Of a DNA stretch of 64,000 nucleotides, positions 1-13,918 are shown piece by piece. How positions within the stretch are numbered: the first letter of the stretch is position 1; every line of letters starts with the position of its first letter. The DNA is from the human T2T-CHM13v2.0 reference genome, Homo sapiens. Made by a program: the position numbers and the translations under genes. A model generated the notes under the pieces. It was not told where the DNA came from and ran no database searches. It saw nothing but the letters and a program-made list of their open reading frames with translations. The stretch is taken from the NCBI RefSeq assembly GCF_009914755.1, contig NC_060927.1; one strand, written 5' to 3'.

Positions 1-258
1 CACATACTTTTTTTCATTCTGCCTGCCTCATAAAATTAGATAATAAGATTACAATTTATTAAATGAATAACGTGATTCTTATTTTCTTGATCATTAAAAA
101 AATAAGTTAACTTCAGGTGAAATAATGTTGACCAAATTACAATTCTTAGTTCACTTGGTAACATAGTTGCTGACTCACTGACTCCTTCTGTGCTATAAAC
201 ACAACCTGAGTCCTTCTGAGAATAATAGCTTGAAACTTAAATTTAAAATTAGACAGGG

Positions 259-465
259 CAGCCTGGGCAACATAGCAAGATTTCATCTTTACACAAAAAT
301 GAAATATTAGCTGGGTGTGGTGACACACATTTGTGGCCACATTTACTCAGGAGGCTAAGCTGTGAGGATCACTTGAGCCAGGGAGGTCGAGGCCGCAGTT
401 GGTTGTGATTGGGCCACTGCACTCCAGCCTGGGTGACAGAGTGAGACCCTGTCTCAAAAGAAAAG
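259..465 (+). mobile_element. 5'-truncated old Alu (AluJ-like)
   Basis: cagcctgggcaacatagcaaga...ggatcacttgagccagggaggtcgaggccgcag...gagaccctgtctc followed by an A-rich tail; J-type diagnostics. Confidence 0.9.
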
Positions 466-1509
466 TAAAATTAAACAGGAAAAATGTTTTAAAATGCATA
501 TTGATTGGATGAATCAAAATATTAAAAAAGTAGATCCTAGAAAATAGTTTTTGGCATTTCTATCTTTAAAAAAGGGGATTTTAGGTAAAATGACTACTTT
601 TATTTCAGAGACAAAAAAAAAATCAAGCTCAATTTGGATCACTCCACTCCTTAGGCTAAATAGCTATCGGCCTCTCCACAGCATGTGACAAAATGCCCAA
701 ATTCTTACCTGCACATTCAATAAATTGTCCCATTGTTTCTACTGTCCATAACTTTGTTCCATTGTTTCTTCTACTACATTTTCCACACATCATTTATATA
801 TACCAATGTGTCATTCAAAATGAGCTTCTCATTTCACACATGTCATAATCGAAGACCTCTGTGGATGCAATCACTGTGTTTAGAGTATTTTAGAATCTCC
901 TTTACCATTCTCATGCCATCTACACATATTAATCACATAAATTCCTAAAATGTCAGTGCAAATAACATGTTCTCCTCAAATCCATTCCAAATTTACATTC
1001 CTTCTCTGAAATCTTAGAGAAATTCTTCCTCTCTCTCTCTCAATGGATTATGATGGGAGATTTTATCTCTTTTTGTTGTATTACATTTGCTTATTTGTGT
1101 CTTTCTACTACATTATAAAATCTTAATAGCAGAAACCATGTAATTCATCTCTATCTGAATAGGCAGGAGTGTAAAGTTGAAAGGTGCAGATCTTAGAGAA
1201 AGACCTTCCCAGCTTGGACACACATTTCATTGACTACTGTGTGGCATTGAACAAATTACATCTGCTCTCTTAGCCTTACCTTCTTTGCATAAAAATTCAT
1301 ACAGTTAAAAAAAAACGAGTGAATGTACACTTTCCTAATTTAGAAGCAGTGAAGGTAAGGGAAAAAAACCCAATTGTTCTGCAAGATTTGAAATTGTTCA
1401 ATGGTTAAAAACAAACAAACAACAAACAAAAAACTATCAAAGAGCTATTTCTTATTTCCAGATTGTTTACCAAAGCTGCTTTTCAGAAAACCGAAGGGAA
1501 AAGTTGAAA

Positions 1510-1690
1510 ACGGCATGGAAAAGGGCAAAGAGCTTTGGAGTGACAGACAAGAAATCTTAGCAAATGTGGCCCTGATTCTACTACTTGACGGCTGTGTAAT
1601 CTCAGGCAAAACCTTCACCAATCGAAACTTCACCTTCCACCTCCCCAATATGAAGTGAGGGTATGAGAGGTATTAAGTTCTTACAGATTT
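1510..1690 (+). mobile_element. MIR/MIR3 SINE fragment
   Basis: gagctttggagtgacagac...ggctgtgtaatctcaggcaaa resembles the MIR core; highly diverged. Confidence 0.5.
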
Positions 1691-1814
1691 TTCCCCCTGT
1701 GGTAGTAACAGTTGTCCAGTTCAAACTAGAGGCAAATAATAAGAACCAAGGAGCAAGTAGAAATGCCCAACTCCCACTTCGAGGTCAGAAGACCGCAGTG
1801 TAAGCCATTCCAGA

Positions 1815-2105
1815 AGCTCAGATGTCATTTCCACAACAAAGCCTTCCTTAAAGCTACTATCTAGCCCAAGGCAGAGTACTCCTTCTGCTATGAACCAATT
1901 TTTGTTTGTACTTTTTCGCTATCACTAATCACCTTGTATTTTCTTATCTACCTAGTATGTCTGTTTCCTCTCACAATCTATGGATTTCTTGAGGATATGG
2001 ATCATATGTTTTATTATGTTCATTACCCCATGCAGCTTGTAGCTCAATGAATGTTTCATTATGAATGGGTGAATCAATGAATGAATGAATAAGTGAATAA
2101 ATAAA
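1815..2105 (+). mobile_element. L2 LINE 3' end
   Basis: ctcagatgtcatttcc...aagccttcct...gctcaatgaatgtttc ending in the (TGAA)n tail typical of L2. Confidence 0.7.
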
Positions 2106-2674
2106 AACTTAGAAGAAACAAAAGTTATTAAAGACCCCCAAAATGGAATTTTATATATATGTCAACTAAGGTATATTAAAAGTAGTTGCAATATGTATAT
2201 ATAATTTTGGCAATTTTTACCTGGTTGCTTCACACCTCAATATGTATCTTTCTATTCTATTTGAATGGTATAATTTGCTAAGTTTGAACTACTTTAGTTG
2301 TGCGTTTTCTTGTTTTGTTAGGCAGCTGTAAGATAAAGGAAGAAATCGGCACCAGCTTCTGCTGTATCATTGACTTGCTCTTTCCAAGTCATGAATATCA
2401 ACCATAGGCTAATTTTGCTATCTTGCTTTCTGACAATTTTATTTTTAGGCTTTTATAACAATGAACACTGATCTTTCCGTTTAAGAAAATGTTTCGTACA
2501 TCACACCATTTAAAAAACCTAGTTAATGACTTCTCATCAGTATAAATTACAAACTATTTTCCAACAACAACGGGAAGGAACTGTCTCAGTATATTTACAT
2601 AGGAAGGTGACAGCTGCTTAAGTGTAAGTGACTTACTATCAAATACCAAAATAAATTCACTTAAAAAAAATGTG

Positions 2675-3027
<353 letters not shown>

Positions 3028-3268
3028 TTAGTAGATGATGTTCATTAAAAGTTTTCTCTCCATGACATCACTCACTTTAATGAACTGATGTCTACTATTA
3101 TCAGCTAACATTTCTTCAAAGTAGTTACAAAAGAAATTACCCTTGGAAACCAAAGATTAAAGATAAACAGAACTTTATTTACCTAGTAATTTTGACGTGA
3201 AAACAGTTCTTACAGAGGGCTTAACAGCTGCTGTCAAAAATAAACTTTCCAAAAGAATTCTAATCTTC

Positions 3269-3432
3269 TTTTTTTTTTTTTGAAATGGAGTCTCGCTCTG
3301 TCACCCAGGCTGGAGTGCGGTGGCGCAGTTTTGGCTCAGTGTAACCTCCACCTCCTGGGTTCAAGCAATTCTCCTCCCTCAGCCTCCTGAGTAGCTGGGA
3401 TTACAGGTGCGTGCCACCACGCCCGGCTAATT
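3269..3432 (-). mobile_element. AluS right monomer only
   Basis: poly-T then gaaatggagtctcgctctgtcacccaggctggagtgc...cacgcccggctaatt; stops at the linker. Confidence 0.92.
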
Positions 3433-3515
3433 GTTTATTCATGCACTACCATATGGCCATATACCTACAGCACACAGCCCTTCTTCTCACATTCCTATCA
3501 AATCCTGCTATAAGG

Positions 3516-3653
3516 TTTTATTTTATTTTATTTTATTTTATTTTTTTGAAATGAGGTTTCCCTCTATCGGCTAGAGTGCAGTGATGTGAGTAGCTGGGGC
3601 TATAGGTATGTGCCATAACACCAGGCTAATTAAAAAAAAATATGTATATACAC

Positions 3654-3691
<38 letters not shown>

Positions 3692-3824
3692 TCACACACA
3701 CACACACACACACACAGTGTAGACATGAGACCCAGGCTGGTCTTAAACTCCTGTACTCAAGCGATCCTCCCACCTTGGTCTCCAAAAGTGTTGGGAGTAC
3801 AGGTGTAAGCCACCGTGCCCAGCT
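3516..3824 (-). mobile_element. Internally deleted AluJ with a (CA)n array in its linker
   Basis: (TTTTA)n tail, partial right arm, CA repeat, left arm ending caccgtgcccagct. Confidence 0.85.
3650..3716. repeat. (CA)n microsatellite, interrupted
   Basis: Seen directly. Confidence 0.95.
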
Positions 3825-5149
3825 CTAAGATTCTTGATTTGTACTGAAACCATTCTGTAGGGGGCATCCTCCCAGGGTATTTGCATTCTCAAGAGGAAGA
3901 AAAGATACTTGGATATATCAGTTTAGTTTTAAATGCTAACAAAAATGATAAGCAAAAGCATCCAGGATTGTCCATGGATGAGGAACATTTCCAGGGTTCC
4001 TGAAGTCATATGCACTACCTGGCCTCTTGTGCCTTGGCATTCAGTTGAATTAGCACCTCAGCCATCACTGTGTCATACTCCATAGGAACAATATTATAAT
4101 TAAAGACATAATCTTTTAGTGATAGATTATTATGATAATAATAAGCTACATTGCTCATGTGTTTGGTTTATTGGTAGATGCCTTTGTCTAACCAGCAAGT
4201 GGATACATGAGAACAGGACATGTGGTATATGTAAAGATGATTCCTGACCCAGAGGACACACAAATAACAAGAGCTTCTGCTGTGGGATGAACACAGTGCA
4301 GACTCCATACCTGGCATTTTTTTCTCAAAACAACACAAAACCCCAAGGGTTTAATTAGTTTACCTAAGAAACCACAGCTAGTTTTTAAAGGCATTTAAAG
4401 AGACCTCTACCTCTAATACCTATGGGAACCAACGCTCCTTGATGTCTTTCTCAAACTAAATCTCCTATGCTTGATACATACTAAGCTATAGTCATCCTGG
4501 TGACTTAAAAAGCATGATTAGTATAACCTGGATATATTTAGTAAGTTACATAATATTATGCAACTCTATTTGTGCCTGAAAAAACAATGAAAATGTTTCC
4601 TCTGCTGACATCAAATACTTCACTTGTTCCATTTCACTTTGGTAGTGCTTTCAAAGCCTCTTGAAATTTGGGTCACTCGCTTGAAAAATTATTTGATTAT
4701 GGGATATACAGTTAATTGGTTTTTGCATTTGAATTTATTGCATAAACGTTCAAATATTTTTTAAAAAGGATTGTATGTAGTAAAAAACTGTTGCCATGGG
4801 AGCTATCTCAATCTTTAATATGAACAATAGTATTGTATTTCTAAGGAGGTTTTCCTTCCTTCAAAACCTTTGGATCTGCAAGCCTGTGACGAATTCTGCT
4901 TCTTAGAATGGCTCTCAGCCAGGTAAACCTGTATCACGTGTTCTGTGGCACAAGCCTCTTTATAGATTCATTGATTGCAATCATTAGTAGTCTGCTGAAA
5001 ACTGGAATGAAATAGCTATGAAATAACAGATGCTTGTTTATCTTTCCTCAAGCAGACAACATCGCAGCTACAACTCTCTTTGAAATAACTATGGCATCAT
5101 GCTCTAATCACAGTTTATGCAAACACCATACAGTTGTAGAGTGCTCCTC

Positions 5150-5310
5150 AAGACATTTTTATACAAATTAATTTATTCAATTTTTGAGAATAACACATGG
5201 GTTTTTAAACATAGAAAGAATTATAATATTCATTTTGCAGATGAAGAAACTGTGGTCTCTGGATGCAGAACAACTTGCTTATGACCACAAAACTAGTAAA
5301 TGGCAAAATT
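5150..5310 (-). mobile_element. MIR fragment
   Basis: cattttgcagatgaagaaactgtgg...aacttgcttatgaccacaaaactagtaaatggca, the antisense MIR core. Confidence 0.65.
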
Positions 5311-6766
5311 TTGCTTTCGTATAATAGGCTGTGGACATAGGCATAGGACGGTCACAGTTTTAAGTATTCACAGGCCCTCAACAAGGAACATGATTTGTAC
5401 AAATTTATACAATTTTTGGTCACAACTATGAAAAATACTGTGTCTACTAAGACTGATGCTCAGATGTAAGTTGGTTACTAGTGAGTGGACCTAGCTACTG
5501 CCCAGAAGCTGCATATCAACTTAATTTTATTTTTATTACTTACCACTATTTTCATAAATCACATGCATATTGTGAGTTATTCATTTGTTCATCCAAAAGA
5601 AATACCTAATAATCAATTCTGTGAGGAGTGCTAAAATGGTGCTGACTTGATCCATGAATTCAAGAAGCCTGCAGCTATGGAACAGCTATTAAGCAAGAAA
5701 TTAGTAACAAGCTATGACGATAATTCTAAGATTAGATGATTTTTATAAGACTTTGATATCTAAACTAGGCATTGGCCAGAAATTTCTCCATGGAAAAGGT
5801 GAGATATGAAGAATAAATAGGAATTCCACAGTTTAAAGAGAGGACAAAATAAAGAATATTTATTTTATTTTTTGTTTTACTTTACTGCCTTTTGTGCAAG
5901 AAAATATATTTAATAATAATAATGTTTACAAATTTAGGGATTTGCCACAGTCTCAGGGTGTACCATGGTGACTGTCAAGGGTGTATTCTATCCTGAGTTT
6001 TCCTTTACCTACTTAACCGTGTTGGTTAGAACATGATGCACTTAGAAAGTCATGAATTTGATTGCATTCCTAAATGATGATGTTTTTCCTTGTCCCAAGC
6101 ATGCAATCTGTGGTCATAACTCTGTCATAAGAAAGAGTGCCTAAGAGAATGTGGATGGAGTAGTGAAATTTAATTACTAGTGTTCGAAAAAAAAATTGAA
6201 GTACAGATGCTACTGACATCATACACTTTTCTGTTTACCTTAAAGACATCAGCTTATTATACAGTTTATACACATACTATAAAAACAGTCAGAGTCTTAT
6301 ATTTCTTTCTGTAGTGGTTGGAACAAAGAATTCATGTTAATTTGTATTGCTTCTTATAAACATTCTAATTTTTTTCAAAGTGTCACTAAGAATTTTGCAA
6401 GATTTGCACTATATGTGCTTGAATATTCAGTAGTTATAGTACTATATTTTACATAACATCTGTTGGAAATATCATTATGTAGCATTGTGTGGTTCTAATT
6501 GATAGCATATTTTAAAAAGTCAAATCTAAATTTAAAATTTCTTTTTTGCATAATGGACAACCCCAGCTCCACACCAAGATTATGTTCAGGGAAAGTAGAG
6601 TACAATTAACACAAAATACAAATAATGTGTATAAAATGAAATATATTTTAAAATATACCATGAAAGAGTGATATTATTCAGGTTATTTCATTTATGAGGT
6701 CTTATAATGGAACTTTAGAATATTAACCAATTTATAGAAAACACGGAATGTCAAAATTGATGTAAC

Positions 6767-7060
<294 letters not shown>

Positions 7061-7509
7061 CTGAGGTAACATTTTAAGGACAACTCTTTTATAAATGAGA
7101 AAATTCATTTAGTCAAGTGTAGTCATAATGCTAGTTAGTAGTAATGCTGGAAAAACTCAAATATCTTCACTCAAAGTCTAGTTCTCCATGGGCTTCACCA
7201 TGCTACCAACTTTCTATTTCATAGAAAGTTCAAAATATTTTCAAACGTTTCACTTTCAAATGATTCTTTAACCATTTCGAATGCATATCTGTGTATAGTA
7301 CGTACATAAAAACAGAATTGAACCTATAACTCAAGAAAAATCTAATCATGTCGTTCGTTGCTTTTGACCTTTGTGGATACTAGGATGATTACTAAATAGT
7401 TTAAGAATCGTTGCAAAGATATCTTCTGACACAACAGTGAAGAACAGGAAATTAACAGAACTGATAGGAAGTCAGAGATATCAACATCTTTGATTATACC
7501 TTTCTGTAT

Positions 7510-7660
7510 AGCTAGTTATCATCTACATATCATCTATCTAGCCATCCATCTATCTAAAAAAACAACCCATTTTTCTATGTATTTATATAAGACATATGTT
7601 TATATGTATGTATGCATCTATCTGTCTACCTATCTGCTGTCTATCTACCTTGCTATCTGC
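7510..7660. repeat. Degenerate (TCTA/TGTA)n low-complexity repeat
   Basis: Repeated atct/atgt units. Confidence 0.7.
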
Positions 7661-7958
7661 AAAGAAGCTGAAATTACTGTATTGCCATGAATGAAGAGGC
7701 AGTCATAATATTCTATACTGAGTAGTTAAGTCATTTCTTTTCATGGTCATAATTAAAACCAGAGGATAAAAACTCTCCTCCTCCCTCTACCCCCTTCTCT
7801 CCCCTTCTTTTAGCCATATCACATTTCAATGAGCTATGTAACTTATTCATAACTGCTGGATAGAGGGGGTGGAGGCAACTCCAAATCAAACTAGGAAGAA
7901 GACACTGAATCTGTCCTAAATATTGACTTGTGTGTATATATATATATGTATATATATA

Positions 7959-8295
7959 TAGTCATGTGTCATGTAACAACAAAAGTGTGCTTTGAGAAAT
8001 GTATCATTAGGCAATTTTGTCATTGCACAAATATCACAAAGTGTATTTACACAAACTCAGATGGTATAGCCTATGACACACCTATGTTATATGACACAAA
8101 TGCTCCTAGGCTATAAACATGTACAGTATGTTACTATGCTGAATACCATAAGTAATTTTAACATGATATTTGTTTTTCTAACCATATTTAAGCACAGAAA
8201 AGGTACACTAAAAGCACGGTATTATGATCTTACAGTATCACTGTTGTACATGTGGTATGTCATTGACCAAAACGTCATTATGTGGCACTTAATTG
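7959..8295. mobile_element. Tigger3a (MER7A)-like non-autonomous TcMar DNA transposon
   Basis: Ends tagtcatgtgtc...tatgtggcacttaattg flanked by TA; internal gatggtatagcctatgacacaccta...gctcctaggctataaac; (TA)n expansion at the left target TA. Confidence 0.85.
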
Positions 8296-9533
8296 TAATT
8301 GTTTATAATTGTTATTAGACAAAGTTCAGCCTGAAAGTTGACATGCAAAATTAAACAACAAAGAACTCAAGATAAAATTGCAAGATTCCTGATATGTGAA
8401 GAATCAATGGACACTAGGCTGGCAACACTGTTCTTAGAAGACCATTTGGGTGGGCGGGCAGAGTGCTTCTATTGTGATAAGCATGCAGCAGAAATTCAGC
8501 CATCTGGATGAGGAAGGGCAGTGCTCACATTTGGGACAGAGGCCTTTATGTACATCTAGTAGAATGAACATCTGGAAGGTATAGAACAAGGCCTCAGATA
8601 ATGAGCTAGGAGACAAAAACTCCAGTTACTAGAACTGCAGTACAAGAATAAGAATGAAAGGGGAGGTGAATTGAGATTTAAACCAACAGGAGTGTTCCTG
8701 GCAATAGAACTGCCTAAGCCCCAGGGCCCAAAGCAAAATATAAACTCAGATACAAGGGACTTAACTTGCTGTAGTCTTACAACTTTGAGTCTAAATCATA
8801 CCACCAAATGATGCTGCCTCATCCTAAATCCATCTCCATTTTCTATCAAGTAAGTAATGTGGATGCATGTCTGTATGTATATTCTCACTTGGGATTGTCT
8901 TTCATTTAATCTTGATTTCTGTAAGTTTTTCTTTAGATTTTTATGGATTCCCTTTCTGTTTCATATCAGATTACAGTCATTATCTAAAAACACCAATGTG
9001 AAAATTCATTGAAAATTTATCCTGTAATTTACTTTGTGATTGGGTTTTTTTTTTTTTACCTCTACTAGTTATTTGGCAAATTAAATATGGTAACTGTGCT
9101 GATATATAAAATGGCTGAATTCAAGATGAATGTTGTATAATGTCCACTGACCACAATCTCGACAAATACCTCAATGACATGTGCCTTTGAGTAGATACTT
9201 AATTGTAGTATTCTTTTCTTAACATTGGAGACAGAAACAAAAACACAGGAAATAGGAAAACAAGTTTCTGAGTCATATCTTAATATGACTACAATATATT
9301 TTAAATTTGTATGCTAGGTCAAGAATACTAAATTGAAGAAGCAATTCCTATAGCAATTGGTCAGATAAAGTCATAATAAGACATTTCTCCAAAGGATTCA
9401 AAGCATTTTTTACACTGAATGTAACTAACCCCTTTTGAGGTATGTAGAAAGTGATTATAAACATTTTCATTATGTAAATAAAAAGAAGAAACACACAAAG
9501 TGTTCATATAGTAAGAATTCTAAATTTAGATGA

Positions 9534-9892
<359 letters not shown>

Positions 9893-10136
9893 TCATATTA
9901 CATTTTGAATATTTTATATAAGCAACAGAAAAAAAATGTTGCCTAGATTAAACCAAAAGATATCATGCCTAGGGAGGAGAAGGAGGAAACATAGAAGGGC
10001 AGCTGATGAATCAGACTCAAAAGACAGTTTTGAGGATCCAACAAGTAGGAGCTAACTGTCAGCTTCATCTGTTTACCATCACATGACTTATTCTTTTTTT
10101 TTTTTTCGAAGTGTCAAGAGAAAATTGGATTGCTTT

Positions 10137-10440
10137 TGATACAGGCAAGTTCTTGACTTCATCCTGGAAGGAATTCAAGAACTGGCTGGTGGTAAAAGAA
10201 AACAGCTTTATTGAGGCAATGGCAGGGTTAGAGCACTGTGACTGCTCCTGCTTAAGGAGCAGGCTTTTCAGGATTAGCTAGAAAATGGGCGGTAACTTTT
10301 GGGCATTGCAATGGCAATGGTAAACTATCATGGTGCTGGTAGACATGTCTTATGGAGCCATGCTTTCAGGGTCTCTTCCCAGTTCTGGGGAGTCTATAGT
10401 CTGGTCCGGAGTCTAGTCCCACCTACTGAGTCTAGTCTCA
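10137..10440 (-). mobile_element. ERV1-class solo LTR (MER66-like)
   Basis: TG...CA termini; perfect 4-bp TSD cttt (10133-36 and 10441-44); antisense AATAAA at about 10207; gggcggtaact...atggcaatggtaaact motif recalled from the MER66 group. Confidence 0.8.
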
Positions 10441-11619
10441 CTTTAGTTTGGATCAAGTGTTTGCCATTTGGCTAGAAAAAGTTTATAAGTAGTTCTGTCA
10501 ATCTAGTATGTATTCTGAGTAAAATATATATAAACATATATATATAATTTTTTAACCAAAAGACAAGAAAAAAATAACAAAATATTAAGGTAATTAATAT
10601 GATAGTAATTATTTTTTCTTATGTTTTTCTGTTTTCCAAGTTTTATACATTAAGAATTGTTTTGTGTTCAGAAAAGTAACATTTACTTAAAAAAATGGTT
10701 CATGAAACACAGCAAAGATAATTTACTTGAAGAAGAATTGAGTTTTTTATCTTATTTTCCTTAAACTCACCTATTGATCATATCCCAAGGATGTGGAGAC
10801 CAGTGCTATGAATATTCTTCTGTCTAAAAATTGGTACTACATAAAATGCCTCACCTACACGTTTTTCTTTCTTTTCATATGTTCCCACGCTGCTCTTTTT
10901 CCTTTCGTTTTTAATGTACAGTTGAAAATGGGATGTTTTATTTTGCAACCAGTATGTTAACCTTTCCTTTAACATTTTCCCTACTAAGTTTAGATACATT
11001 AAGGCACGGCTTTTTTTCATCTTTCAAGTGTATATTTTGTTAATATCAATTGATTACTAAAATATTTTGTTGAAAATAATTTTATTTTTAATCAACTGTG
11101 GGTAGCCTTTAAAATAGTAACAGAATAATTTCCATTTTAACTTTCGAATTGATAATTTATGCTACATTTGCTTTTTCCATTAAACACAGAACAGAGCAGT
11201 CAACTCAAAAACAAATTCCAAAGGAATTTGACAGGATATAAAAACGATTTTTGAAGTTTATTGGAAAGGAATCTCTTAAGCTAGGATCACAGCCTTAGGT
11301 GATTGTGAGGAAGATGACTAGCCCAGAAGGAGCCCAGCCAGGGAAGTAATGAAAGGGTTGTTTTTCTATCTTTTGAAAGACTGTAGTGGAAGAATGAAAA
11401 ATATTTACCAGAGACAAATAATTGGGATAGATCTACCTGGAACATATTTAGAATCTACTTTTAATCTTTCAGGCCTATGGAATTTGCTCAAATTTGTGGA
11501 GTAGTAATGGCTATCACTTAAAACATTTTTGAAATTGTATTATAGTTCTTATGCATTCATAATCATAATTATAAATGATGATTTTTAAACATGAAGTTTT
11601 TTCATATTAGGCAAGTATT

Positions 11620-11900
11620 ATGTTGGTATGGTAGAAATACCACAGGTCAGAAGTACAAAAATTTTATATTTTCCTTCTGCCATATTCTGGCTTGATGACC
11701 TTGGATTTTTTACTTAATGTAAGTACAATTTGCTCTACTGAAGAAAAAGATTTAGGACCAGCTGCTGCCATTCACAGCTGATAGGGTCATTATGTTGATT
11801 ATCATTATGTGAATTCAATGAAATATATTTTTGAAATGCTTGAAAAAACTATAAATTTTCATAGAAATATAAGGTGGAAATACTGTTGTTATTATTATCA
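11620..11900 (+). mobile_element. MIR fragment
   Basis: ttctgccatattctggcttgatgaccttgg...attatgtgaattcaatgaaatat...gaaatgcttg. Confidence 0.6.
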
Positions 11901-12528
11901 TTGTAAGCATAAAATGAGAGACTTGAGTTTCTAAATCACTTTTGATTTCTAAACTATTGATATGTATCATTATTAACTAGCATTTCAAAACAGAAGTAAT
12001 GTAAGCATCGATAATAGTTTCTTGATCAATGAAAAAGAATATTATGTAAATCCCATGAGTTTTGATGTATATACATTATTTTGAAAAATTGATTTAAAAG
12101 CTTTCTTTGAAAATGGATGACATTTACAGCAGCTTCCTATGAATTCTTCATGATTTTAGTACTCTTGAAAGTGACAGATTGACAGCACCAGTTACTGTTT
12201 ATCTCTAGGAAAAGGCATCAGCAATTAAAACTTCTAAAGGTCTTGGTGAAGTGCCACCTCACAACACAAAAGGATGGTGGTTTGGTCTCCACAGGCTGTT
12301 TAATTCTGCAGGGACTCCCAGAAAGGGCCTCATTTGCACTAGTGGTTTTCATGTCACAATCCATTAAGAGTTGAAATGGAGTCTGCTGATTTGCTTTATG
12401 GGCTGTGGAACAATACTGTAGAGCAAGTGAGAGCAGAAAGAAGCCCTGGAATGGGAAGGCTTATATCAAGTCAGGCTGGATGAGTGGGGGTCAGCCATGT
12501 GACCTCTACAAGAGACTATTATACAGAC

Positions 12529-12623
12529 CAGGGGGGTGGAACACTTTTTCTATAAAGTGCCAACTCATAGGTATTTTCAGCTTTGTAGGTGACATACAGC
12601 CTCTGTCTCATATTATGGGGGGG

Positions 12624-12656
<33 letters not shown>

Positions 12657-12765
12657 TGTGTGTTTTACAACCCTTTAAAAATCTAAAAATTATTTTTAAT
12701 GAGGGGGCCCTAAAAATCATGTCATGGGTTGAATTTGGTCCACTGGCTTAGCTTGTGGACCCCTG
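12529..12765. mobile_element. MER58C-like hAT-Charlie MITE with internal (TG)n
   Basis: Terminal inverted repeats cagggg...cccctg; ttttacaaccctttaaaaat signature. Confidence 0.85.
12625..12662. repeat. (TG)n microsatellite
   Basis: Seen directly. Confidence 0.95.
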
Positions 12766-12969
12766 TTATATACAAACAAAGACATTTGTCTATGTCGGTC
12801 ATGTCAGTGACTCTCAGAATATGCTCTACCTTACTCCAGCCTCTTCAAACTTTCGGAAAGTTTTGCTCATAGTTCCATATAATTTAATAATTAGGCCTTT
12901 ATACCTCTGGCTTAAATTTCCCTTTCTAAAAATGAACATTACATACCAGTGAAAAAATTAAAACCTAAT

Positions 12970-13529
12970 TGTGATGGTTAATATTGAGTGTCAACTTGAT
13001 TGGATTGAAGGATGCAAAGTATTGTTCCTGGGTGGGTCTGTGAGGGTGTTGTCAAAGGAGATTAACATTTGAGTCAGCGGACTGGGAGAGGCAGACTCAC
13101 CCTCAGTCTAGGTGGGTGCCATCTAATCAGCTGCCAGTAAGGCTAGAATAAAGCAGGCAGAAGTAAGTAGAATGGGCAGACTTGCTGAGTCTTCCGGCCT
13201 TTGTCTTTCTCCCATGTTGGATGCTTCCTGCCCTTGAACATCAGACTCCAAGTTCTTCAGCTTTTGGACTCTTGGGCTTACACCAGTGGTTTGCCAGGGC
13301 CTCTCAGGCCTTTGGCCACAGACTGAAGGCTGCACTGTCAACTTCCCTACTTTTGAGGTTTTGGGACTCAGACTGATCCACCACTGGCTTCCTTGCTCCT
13401 CGACTTGTAGACGGCTTACTGTAGGACTTTACCTTGCGATTGTGTGAGTCAATTCTCCCTAATAAACTCCCTTTCATATATACATATTTCCTATTATTTC
13501 TGTCCCACTAGAGAATCCTGACTAATACA
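12970..13529 (+). mobile_element. Complete ERVL solo LTR, MLT2A (MLT2A2-length)
   Basis: tgtgatggttaatattgagtgtcaacttgattggattgaagg...gactaataca; AATAAA at 13461; perfect 5-bp TSD ctaat (12965-69 and 13530-34). Confidence 0.92.
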
Positions 13530-13630
13530 CTAATGTTTGCCGGTTATTTAAATGTATCCATTCTATTCTTTTTATTCCTCATTCTGTCCCTGTCCTGTGC
13601 ATCAGGTGAGGCATAAAAGCCAAACAAGTC

Positions 13631-13918
13631 CACGCCTGTAATCCCAGCACTTTGGGAGGCCAAGGCAGATAGATTGCTTGAGTCCAGGAGTTTGAGAACA
13701 GCCCGTGCAATGTGATAAAACCCCATCTCTACAAAAACTACCAAAAAATTAGCCAGGTGTGATGGTGCATCCCTGTGGTCCTAGATATTCGGTAGTCTGA
13801 GGTGGGAGGATCACCTGGCCCCAAGTAGCAGAGGTTGTAGTGAGCCAGCCGAGATGGCAACACTGGCCTCCAGCCTGGACAACAGAGTGAGAACTTATCT
13901 CAAAAATAAATAAATAAA
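13631..13918 (+). mobile_element. AluJ, slightly 5'-truncated
   Basis: 18-bp TSD ataaaagc(c/a)aaacaagtc at 13613-30 and 13919-36. Confidence 0.93.

Noticed and set aside
10243-10261. tgctcct-gctta-aggagca mini-hairpin
   Set aside because: Only a 7-bp stem inside an LTR; within chance expectation.
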